Below are positions 9,123 to 16,376 of a DNA stretch of 64,000 bases, one piece after another. The first letter of the stretch is position 1. Each line of letters starts with the position of its first letter. This DNA comes from a virus. The notes under the pieces were generated by a model. The model did no database searches. It was not told the DNA's origin and saw nothing but the letters and a program-made list of their open reading frames with translations. A program made the position numbers and the translations under genes. Location of the stretch: the IMG/VR virus record IMGVR_UViG_3300027917_000021, positions 91,896 through 155,895 of that record. One strand, 5' to 3'.

Positions 9123-10733
9123 ATGGCTTACGTAAAACCAGGCGTCGAAGTTACTCAAACCCAAGTACGCGTTTCTCCAAGTTTGATATCTCCAGATTTA
9201 GGAACAGTTTTAGTTGGAAAGGCATTCTTTGTTGAAGAAGTAGGAGACTACTCTTATACTGATGTATATAGTGGTGTCCAAATTGATGTAGATTATGCCG
9301 GTCTTCCATCTGGAGCTGAAGTACATACAGCAAGTGTGTATGTTGATCTTATTGGTGGTACAGGAGCATCAGCTGGAACGAGAGTTCATTTAGAATCTGG
9401 AACAGATTTTACACCTGGAGCAACTTCTGTACAAATTAACGCAGGTTTGGGTTCAACATATCCGGAAGTTACTGGGCTAGAAAATGGCGCAGCAATTGAA
9501 ATTGGATATCGTGCACTTCGTACCGATTTAGATCCATTTTTAACCATGTCAACATTAACTGACATAGAAGAAAAAGTTGGATCCACAATATCTTATAATC
9601 CGCTGGGCGTGGCACTTCATAAAGCTATGTTAAATACTGCTGGATACGTCTTTGCGTCTCCTACACAGGAAGACACACCAGTGGAAACATCAAATGAATT
9701 TACATCTGCTGATGTAGCATTTGACACGTTGAAGACCAAAGAAATTTATGCAATGGTTCCTTTAACAACAACTGATGCCACAATAAGTGCATTTAAAACA
9801 CATGCAATAACATATTCTGAACCGGAAGAAAAAAGAGAAAGAATGGTTGTTGCAGCTCCAAGTATTCCTTGGAAAGACACTGGCGGCTCACCTACATCAG
9901 CTGACCTGGCAGATACAGCAGTGACTGCCGGTGCAATTAAAGAAGCTGCGTACAATCAACAAGAACGTAGACTTGTCTACGTATTTCCAGATACAATGTT
10001 TGTAACTGAAACACGACATGTGTCCACGTTGACGGATACTTATCGTGATGCAGTTCAGGGAGTAACCGGAATACCTTTTTATTTAGGGGAAAATAAAACT
10101 GTTACTGTTAGTGGCACAAAATATTCTTATAAAAAAGGCGATGTTTTGACATCGACAGTGTTATCAAATATAGCTACAGACAATACTTTTCTTATAGTGA
10201 ATTCTCCGGTTCCTGGATATATAGGTGCAGCTGCAATTGGTGGAATGATTTCTGGATATCCTCCTGAAACACCATTCACTAATTTAGCTATTACCGGTGT
10301 TAGTCGTTTGAAATATTCGATGGATAAATTTACTGAATCTGACCTTAACACAATGGCCGAAGGTGGTAATTATCTATTAATTCAAACATCTGAAACAGCA
10401 CCAATTTACTGTAGACATCAACTTACAACAGATATGACTTCTGTTGAAAGACGTGAATTAAGCATTCTAAAGACATTAGACTTTGTTGCAAAATTCATGC
10501 GTAACGGATTATCCGGATATATTGGACGTTATAATATTAGTCCACAGTTTATGAAGCTGCTTACCATGACTATACAAGCACAAATTCTGTATCTTGTTAA
10601 AAATGGCCATGTCAACGACATTAAAATTCTTAGTATTGCACAGGCCGAAGAAGCTGCTGATACAATAGAAGTAAGTCTAAATGTATTGGTCAAATATCCT
10701 GTCAATTACATTAAGATAGATCTACAGTTCTAA
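9123..10733 (+). CDS. Tail sheath protein
   Basis: MAYVKPGVEV start; C-terminal RHQLTT..RELSI..LDF and KYPVNYIKIDL sheath signatures; AGGAG RBS. Confidence 0.9.
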   Translation: MAYVKPGVEVTQTQVRVSPSLISPDLGTVLVGKAFFVEEVGDYSYTDVYSGVQIDVDYAGLPSGAEVHTASVYVDLIGGTGASAGTRVHLESGTDFTPGATSVQINAGLGSTYPEVTGLENGAAIEIGYRALRTDLDPFLTMSTLTDIEEKVGSTISYNPLGVALHKAMLNTAGYVFASPTQEDTPVETSNEFTSADVAFDTLKTKEIYAMVPLTTTDATISAFKTHAITYSEPEEKRERMVVAAPSIPWKDTGGSPTSADLADTAVTAGAIKEAAYNQQERRLVYVFPDTMFVTETRHVSTLTDTYRDAVQGVTGIPFYLGENKTVTVSGTKYSYKKGDVLTSTVLSNIATDNTFLIVNSPVPGYIGAAAIGGMISGYPPETPFTNLAITGVSRLKYSMDKFTESDLNTMAEGGNYLLIQTSETAPIYCRHQLTTDMTSVERRELSILKTLDFVAKFMRNGLSGYIGRYNISPQFMKLLTMTIQAQILYLVKNGHVNDIKILSIAQAEEAADTIEVSLNVLVKYPVNYIKIDLQF

Positions 10734-10744
10734 GGAGGAATTAG

Positions 10745-11374
10745 ATGGCCAAGACAACATACCAAGATTGGGAATTTAAAGAAGCACACGTAGAGCCAGA
10801 TGTATTAAATAATAATGAAAATTTTGTATCATCTGAATCCATAGTTATTTGTGCTGGTCCTTCCTACGTGGACGAAGGTACAGATTTAGCCGGTCAATTG
10901 TATCCTATAGGTATTCTTGAGAGTGCTGCAGTAGTGCAGAATAAACAAATTCAACAATTGTTTGAAATTGGTTCAAGAAAACCATACATGATTCCGGGAC
11001 GTACAAGAGTACAAGTAGGACTTAGTCGAGTAATATTTAATGGTGATTCACTATTAGCTGCTATGTACTATGGAAAGTATAGTGGAACCTTGCCAGAACA
11101 AGATGCAAGTGAAGATTCTCCTGGACATGCTAGCAATTATCCTGCGACAGGTGAAGGACACTTCTATTTAAATCTGGCTTCTAGTTTCTTTAATAAGCCA
11201 TTTGGATTAGCTCTAATAGTACACGATAGTGAGGATGAACAAACAGCAATGATATTACTTCAAAACTGCATGGTTCAATCTCATCAAATGAATGTTGGTG
11301 CAAATCAGACGATAGTAATGGAAAATGTTAATATTATCGCAGATAGTATCCAGCCAATTATTGTTAGTGCTTAA
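10745..11374 (+). CDS. Tail tube protein
   Basis: Directly after the sheath; QQLFEIGS..Y.IPGR motif; GGAGG RBS. Confidence 0.8.
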   Translation: MAKTTYQDWEFKEAHVEPDVLNNNENFVSSESIVICAGPSYVDEGTDLAGQLYPIGILESAAVVQNKQIQQLFEIGSRKPYMIPGRTRVQVGLSRVIFNGDSLLAAMYYGKYSGTLPEQDASEDSPGHASNYPATGEGHFYLNLASSFFNKPFGLALIVHDSEDEQTAMILLQNCMVQSHQMNVGANQTIVMENVNIIADSIQPIIVSA

Positions 11375-11393
11375 AAATTAATGTAAAAATATA

Positions 11394-11413
11394 GGGAGGA
11401 GCATTTCCTCCCT
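11394..11413. terminator. Hairpin between convergent genes (probable bidirectional terminator)
   Basis: GGGAGGA-gcatt-TCCTCCC with A/T-rich flanks. Confidence 0.7.
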
Positions 11414-11629
11414 TTATTTTGCATTTCCACTAATCGCTATTTCAGTCTCATCCAGGACTTTTTCTGTTTCTTGAAATATTTTTTCTATTTCTTCAAGACG
11501 CTTGTTAACCTTTTCTAGTCGTATTGTAAGAAGTTCCGAAATTGGATTTCCATCATCCTTTAAAGTTTTAATTCTTGATTCGAGATATTTTTTTTCCATT
11601 AGGCACATCTCTTTATTCGGACAAACCAT
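11414..11629 (-). CDS. Small coiled-coil hypothetical protein
   Basis: 71 aa with AGGAG RBS. Confidence 0.7.
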   Translation of the reverse strand: MVCPNKEMCLMEKKYLESRIKTLKDDGNPISELLTIRLEKVNKRLEEIEKIFQETEKVLDETEIAISGNAK

Positions 11630-11654
11630 AATTTTCTCCTTTTTTATTTATATT

Positions 11655-11666
11655 TTTCTTATACCA
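11655..11666 (-). promoter_or_regulatory. Repeated TGGTATAAGAAA promoter-like motif
   Basis: Identical 12-mer at 43741-43752; 11-mer at 27832-27842; each lies shortly upstream of a - strand gene. Confidence 0.55.
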
Positions 11667-11749
11667 GCTTAAGATAAAAAAAAGAGCTGTACTTTACATC
11701 CCCTTGTCTTCGGCAGTTAATTTTAATTTGAAGATGCTTATTTTTTCTA

Positions 11750-12392
11750 ATTTGTTAGTCGTTGCAACTAACGAAGTATTCTGTTTTATCTACAGCTCAC
11801 ATCGCAAGGCGGCACAGCTGGGAATATTTCCCAGCTGGTGCTTGCTATTTATCCGCCGGACTAGAGCGGTTACAAATAAACTCGGAGATTTATCTCCGAG
11901 TTTTTTGGAATGCGATTGCTCGGCGGATAAAATGAGATGTTCTGGCAAAACGAAACGTCATGCTCATCTCTTCTAGAAATATTTAACTAATACTCCTAGA
12001 AGAAACGAGCGGGGGACGCCACCCCGATGCATCTCATTTCTTCTGCTTCGACGACGATCGCGTCTCTCTCGGGCTCCAGCCGCCAGAAACCTGGATCCGG
12101 ATCCGAGCGTGCGCGCGACGGCCGCCTTGCATGGTCCCACTGGCCGGCGTACCCCAGGCGCCCTAGGCGCCCGCGGTCCTGAAGGGGGGTACCTTCACGT
12201 GGCAGCCCGTCGACTGGAATCAGGGCACAGTACTCTCGCGCATGCACTGCAGCAGGCCTTAGGCGCTGCAGCTGGCCGCACGTTGTCTCTGGTCGCCTGG
12301 TCGGGGACGGTTTTGTTGTAACGGAGACAGGGACGTCAGAGTTACAACAAATAGAGCCTTAAACGAAAGACGAGACGTCTCTCTAGGCTCAG
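11750..12392. other. Structured non-coding region: serial long inverted repeats followed by a GC-rich palindrome-dense island
   Basis: Stems CAGCTGGGAA/TTCCCAGCTG, AAACTCGGAGAT/ATCTCCGAGTTT, TTTATCCGCCG/CGGCGGATAAA, TTTGTTGTAAC/GTTACAACAAA; GC content about twice that of the flanks at 12005-12310. Confidence 0.65.
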
Positions 12393-12403
12393 GCAGGAGC
12401 AAG

Positions 12404-12598
12404 TTACTCCTTTGCGTCAATTGTTTCTTTCGAAACAGGCGTTTCTGCTTTTGCCGCCTGTCTTTTTAATTTACGTTGTTTGGCCTTTTCCATCTTCATT
12501 TCATAGCGAAATTTTTTTTGTTCTTTATTTTTTTCTCGACGATGTTCCAATTTGTATGCTTCGCACTTCTTTTTATTCCTGCCTTGTTTTTTGCCCAT
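12404..12598 (-). CDS. Small, highly basic protein
   Basis: 64 aa, K/R-rich; AGGAAAGG purine-rich RBS upstream. Confidence 0.7.
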   Translation of the reverse strand: MGKKQGRNKKKCEAYKLEHRREKNKEQKKFRYEMKMEKAKQRKLKRQAAKAETPVSKETIDAKE

Positions 12599-12620
12599 AA
12601 CACCTTTCCTAAAAATTAAA

Positions 12621-12844
12621 GAGGTCCGCTGAGGATTCTAACCTCTTGCACAAGATTAATTTTTCATCACTTATCCCCTGTACCGCGATGGATTTACACC
12701 AATGCACTCGGTGTAGGTGTCTGCGAGGCCTTGTTCGCTCCGAACGAAAAGGATGTGCTTTTTCAAGTAAGAGCTCTTATACCATCATTACGGAAGCTCC
12801 AAGGAAGTACTACGTCACGCGCCGGAAATACTTCCGCGGACCTC
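12621..12844 (-). ncRNA. Putative ~224-nt structured RNA with a tRNA-like T-arm/acceptor end
   Basis: 9-bp terminal stem GAGGUCCGC/GCGGACCUC; GAGG-UUAGAAU-CCUC arm next to the 3' strand; internal hairpins GGAAGUA/UACUUCC and UACACC/GGUGUA. Confidence 0.55.
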
Positions 12845-12873
12845 AAATTTTCTTAATTATGTTTGTTTGTCTT

Positions 12874-12998
12874 TAGAGGGACGAATAATAAATTCGCATC
12901 TCGCCGCTGCCGTATAACCTGCCTCTTTTTCACGGAAAAGGCTCCTAGCTTCAGGGCTTATGCCGACACGCGTTTTCAATTTGTTAAACTACCCTCCG
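12874..12998 (-). ncRNA. tRNA-like RNA with an elongated anticodon arm
   Basis: CGGAGGG-UA-GUUU..AAAC D arm; extended stem UGUCG/CGGCA, AUAA/UUAU, CCUG/CAGG; GCGAA-7nt-UUCGU arm; CCCUCUA acceptor strand. Confidence 0.5.
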
Positions 12999-13008
12999 CA
13001 GGTCAAGT

Positions 13009-13030
13009 ATACCGATAATTATATCGGTAT
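13009..13030. repeat. Inverted repeat right after the vWA gene stop
   Basis: ATACCGATA-atta-TATCGGTAT. Confidence 0.6.
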
Positions 13031-13696
13031 TTATTCTTCATCTTTTTTATTAATAATGATGTCTGGTGTATTCGGATCATAAAAATTATTAAGCTGTGTA
13101 ATTCCAGACCGCCTTGCGTCAAAATATTTTGCAAATCCTTCTGCAGTTGCCGCGTAGGCTTCAGCGCGTCCGGCATTAGAACTTGTATATGAAAATGTGT
13201 TATTTGTAACAAAGTTTAATTCTTGTTTATCTTCTAGTCCTTCAATTCCTTGAAATACAAATGTCCAATTTCCCTTTTCTTCCCTTTCCAAAATCATGTT
13301 ATTGATTTCGTCTCGAGAAAATATAGATGAGCTGTTTTCCCATCCGTCTGTAAATATATAAACTAATGCGGCATCATCATCTTTAATAACACCATCAATT
13401 AATTTTATTGCCTGACCAATGCCATCATACATAGGAATAGATCCAGATGGAACGTAGTTTTGATGATCGAGGTGTTTTGCTACCCTAGCATCCTCATTAA
13501 AATAAACTACTTCGCCCTCTCTATTACGAAATAATACTAGAGATACTTTTACTTTTCCAGCGAGTCTTGCCTTTTCAGCTCGCATTAAGTCAATTATTTC
13601 ATTTACTCCGGTGATTGTTGTTTCGATGTCGGCGCTCATGGAGCCACTTCCATCCAAAACTAAAGCGATATAAGTATCGCCTGCCACTTTTGCCAT
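13031..13696 (-). CDS. Stand-alone von Willebrand factor A (vWA) domain protein
   Basis: MIDAS motif LVLDGSGSM, PMYDGIG, IFTDGWEN; AGGAG RBS. Confidence 0.9.
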   Translation of the reverse strand: MAKVAGDTYIALVLDGSGSMSADIETTITGVNEIIDLMRAEKARLAGKVKVSLVLFRNREGEVVYFNEDARVAKHLDHQNYVPSGSIPMYDGIGQAIKLIDGVIKDDDAALVYIFTDGWENSSSIFSRDEINNMILEREEKGNWTFVFQGIEGLEDKQELNFVTNNTFSYTSSNAGRAEAYAATAEGFAKYFDARRSGITQLNNFYDPNTPDIIINKKDEE

Positions 13697-13712
13697 TAAA
13701 TTCTCCTTTTAT

Positions 13713-13751
13713 AAAAAAGCGCGACTGCCCTACCCTGGGTATGCCGCGCTT
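13713..13751 (-). terminator. Probable intrinsic terminator closing the 13.75-14.35 kb RNA region
   Basis: AAGCGCG...CGCGCUU stem followed by a U tract on the - strand. Confidence 0.6.
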
Positions 13752-13775
13752 ATAATGTATTCTTCAAAAATACAA

Positions 13776-14211
13776 TGTGTTAGATTGTTCTATCCAAAGA
13801 ATGACTGCTTATGCCCTATAATGTAATTTCATCAACTTATTTTTTTAATCTGAAACGTCCACGTCCTACCTCTGGACTACCGCGCCATATAAGGATTTGG
13901 ATGTCACTGTCCTTTACAAACTGTCAACTATGTTTGTCGCGCGAATCCTGGCTACGCGAGTTTTGTAATGAAACCAACATGAAGGTTTTCGCACAGAGCA
14001 AACCTACAAATACTGACTACTGTCTCGTCGTAGCCACCGTTATCATGTAAGAGTGATAACCTCCTCTCATTGCGTAGAGATCCCGGTTTTTGTTAAAGGT
14101 GGTATTCTCCATCTTGTGACTTGAGGCGCGGAAGGGAATCGAACCCCTGCTTTGGAGGAATATAAAATAAGCGATTACTTTCGGGCGTGTGGCAGTATAA
14201 ATCTGGACACA
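13776..14211 (-). ncRNA. Large RNA folded as a circularly permuted tRNA mimic (Y-RNA-like topology)
   Basis: T arm plus 3' acceptor strand (14148-14124) come before the 5' acceptor strand plus D arm (13886-13863); perfect 7-bp GGCGCGG/CCGCGCC; seven nested flank pairings; structured 237-nt insert. Confidence 0.75.
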
Positions 14212-14314
14212 ATAAGCTAAGTTTGAATCGAATTACACTCCGTTCTCCCAATAGAGGGCCATTGCTACAATTATGTAACAATGGCGATTAGGATACTGGT
14301 AAGATACGATGTAT

Positions 14315-14338
14315 GAGTCTAAGTCTTAGCGTGAGTCT
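14315..14338 (-). repeat. Hexamer-register AGACU(U/C) repeats
   Basis: + strand GAGTCT AAGTCT TAGCGT GAGTCT; the 11-mer AGTCTAAGTCT recurs at 15137-15147. Confidence 0.6.
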
Positions 14339-14346
14339 AGTGTCGT

Positions 14347-15114
14347 TTATACTGATAAACCACCATGTAAAATATTACCTGTTATTATTTTACCAAGTTT
14401 TTCGTCTTCAACGATCTTGGCATTATTGGCTCTTTGGCGAGCATCTTTAACCGCCAATTCCCATTTATCATGACGAGAAAGAATTTCTGATTTCATTTTA
14501 GGGGTAATGGCTCCAGATACTTTTGTCTCATTCCAAGTGCCGACTACCATATCTTCATGTACTAATTCGGTTTGTGCCGGGTGTTCTTTTGTTGCCTCAT
14601 ATTTTACTAGAACTTTCGGAACTTTTTTGGATTTGAATGTTTGGAGTGGATCGGTTTTGTAATAATTATTGTCCTTGTCCCATTTCCAATTAAACTTTGG
14701 GTCTAAGGTTGGAATTGACATCAACAATGATCTTAATTGTTTTAATTTGTTTTCCAAGCTTAGTAAAGACGTTGCATGTAAATTTTCTGCAATAGTATAT
14801 CCTTCATAAACCAAATTAGCAGTTGCCACTGCATTGGTTTCTTCTTTCACTATCGAATGATTGATAGCATCTGACAGAGCATCAAAATAATATGATATTT
14901 TTTCTTGCACAGTTGTTACCAAAGGCTCTGTCTCAGGAGGAAATTGTTCTCCACCCTCTTCTTTGGGCTGGTATACACGAAATCTGCCAGCGAAATGATG
15001 CTGTTTTTTGCCTAGCGTATTTTCTGCCTCTTTAGCCAAATTTCTTTCTTTTTCTTTAACATTTGGCTCTGCAGCAAGGTGCTGGTGTAGCTGAGTTTTA
15101 CTTTCTTCTGCCAT
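14347..15114 (-). CDS. Uncharacterised 255-aa protein (helical/coiled-coil with a beta-hairpin region)
   Basis: Long ORF with AAGGA RBS; function not assignable from motifs. Confidence 0.85.
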   Translation of the reverse strand: MAEESKTQLHQHLAAEPNVKEKERNLAKEAENTLGKKQHHFAGRFRVYQPKEEGGEQFPPETEPLVTTVQEKISYYFDALSDAINHSIVKEETNAVATANLVYEGYTIAENLHATSLLSLENKLKQLRSLLMSIPTLDPKFNWKWDKDNNYYKTDPLQTFKSKKVPKVLVKYEATKEHPAQTELVHEDMVVGTWNETKVSGAITPKMKSEILSRHDKWELAVKDARQRANNAKIVEDEKLGKIITGNILHGGLSV

Positions 15115-15253
15115 AGAAATATTCCTTTAGTTAATTAGTCTAAGTCTAAATATTAAAAAGAAAAATGACAGGGCTCTCCGACGGGCCCAACATTTTTCTT
15201 AATTTGTATTTTCTCCAGGATTACTGCGGTTTGGGTTCTTTTTCCCGGACTTG

Positions 15254-15407
15254 CCTGTGTGCCTAGGGGGCCGATGACCGAGTGCGTACTCAGCGAGCTG
15301 GCCGCAGCAAGGGGCCTACAGCAAGGAAGGTGCCCTTCTTTGCTGGAGGGACCGAAGACGCGGCTTGCGAGGAGGACGTGCCGGTCGAAGGCTATGTAGC
15401 ACACAGG
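15254..15407. ncRNA. Putative 154-nt GC-rich structured element
   Basis: Terminal stem CCTGTGTGC/GCACACAGG; internal CAGCAAGGAAGG/CCTTCTTTGCTG, GACCG/CGGTC and GAGT/ACTC hairpins. Confidence 0.55.
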
Positions 15408-15444
15408 AATATCAATAATGTTGCGAAACACAACAAATAGATAT

Positions 15445-15819
15445 TTATGAATTTTTTGCCTTTTTTCGTCTTTTACGTCGCTTACGCTTTGTCGGAGATT
15501 TTGAAGTAGAAGGCTTGGAATTCTTTTTTCTTATTCCAGGATTTTTTAAAAGCTTGCAATCCTTTGCTAATAAGGTTCTTAATCTTTGGTCATTGTCAAT
15601 ACATTCAACACAAAGTTGTTGTTTTTCATCAATATAAATATTTTTAATAGTTAATTTATAGCGACTTCCTTCATAACAATTAATAATTTTTTGTCCGATT
15701 AAGTTCTCATCTTTTTTTGTGATTAATTGTGATTTGGGCACCAACTTCATTTGAAATTGTGGTTTTCTAAGAATTATTGTCCATTCCTTTTCTGTAATAC
15801 TTTTTTTACGTTTGACCAT
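15445..15819 (-). CDS. Hypothetical protein with a very basic C-terminal tail
   Basis: 124 aa ending KRKRRKRRKKAKNS. Confidence 0.6.
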   Translation of the reverse strand: MVKRKKSITEKEWTIILRKPQFQMKLVPKSQLITKKDENLIGQKIINCYEGSRYKLTIKNIYIDEKQQLCVECIDNDQRLRTLLAKDCKLLKNPGIRKKNSKPSTSKSPTKRKRRKRRKKAKNS

Positions 15820-16376
15820 GAATGTGCTTCATAATCTGGTTTAGGGTCATAATCATAAATTTCCATAAGGCCAGCATGATTATACCAAATTGATGTTAAA
15901 TCAGGCCAATCTTGTTTTACTGAAGAAACATTTTTTGGTTTATCATCAATAAAAGCCACGGGATTTTCATACTCTCCAACTATCCTTGATTTATCCCTAT
16001 GTGATTTTGCAAACCTCAAATCGGCTTTTAAATCGTCAAGAATACCAAGATTATTTAGGTTTTTTACCCTTTTTTCTCTGTATGCTTCTGGCACTGTAGT
16101 ATTATATATTATTTTGAAGCGTTTGGATGACCATTCTAAAAATTGTTTGGCTCCTTTTATAAATGAAAGATTTTCAAATAAATCCGATTCCCAAGTTTTT
16201 ACTACAAGTTTATATACCTGTCTGCGACTATATCCTCTTGATTTTAAAAGATCCCATTGCTTAAAGTCATCTTCGTTTAGATCTATATTTTCGTTTTCTT
16301 TTAGTATGACGGCATAGGCTTTATCAAAAGAAAGAATACACCCGTCTACATCTAGAATGATAGGCCTTTTTTGCAT
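15774..16376 (-). CDS. HAD-family 5'(3')-deoxyribonucleotidase-like phosphatase
   Basis: LDVDG motif I; FIDDKPKN motif IV. Confidence 0.8.
   Translation of the reverse strand: MQKRPIILDVDGCILSFDKAYAVILKENENIDLNEDDFKQWDLLKSRGYSRRQVYKLVVKTWESDLFENLSFIKGAKQFLEWSSKRFKIIYNTTVPEAYREKRVKNLNNLGILDDLKADLRFAKSHRDKSRIVGEYENPVAFIDDKPKNVSSVKQDWPDLTSIWYNHAGLMEIYDYDPKPDYEAHSWSNVKKVLQKRNGQ

Noticed and set aside
9151-10351. Short antisense ORFs in the sheath gene and similar ones across the window
   Set aside because: They shadow long, well-supported genes on the opposite strand and show no motifs
12026-12300. Cloning-vector polylinker contamination
   Set aside because: Site order does not follow the pUC-type series, EcoRI/HindIII/SacI/SmaI sites are absent, and motifs are shared with the second island at 15.3 kb; not fully excluded without a vector screen
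11996-12321. ORFs 11996..12247 (-) and 12109..12321 (+)
   Set aside because: Both sit in the GC island, where stop codons are rare; composition is unlike the phage's genes and no RBS is evident
13031-13696. Ro60/Rsr
   Set aside because: Only a 221-aa vWA domain; no TROVE domain in the window
12621-14160. tmRNA, one- or two-piece
   Set aside because: None of the acceptor stems has the G3.U70 alanine determinant, and no tag reading frame was recognised
14122-14200. Canonical tRNA gene at the GGTTCGATTCC motif
   Set aside because: No D arm or 5' acceptor strand upstream; the matching half lies 237 nt downstream
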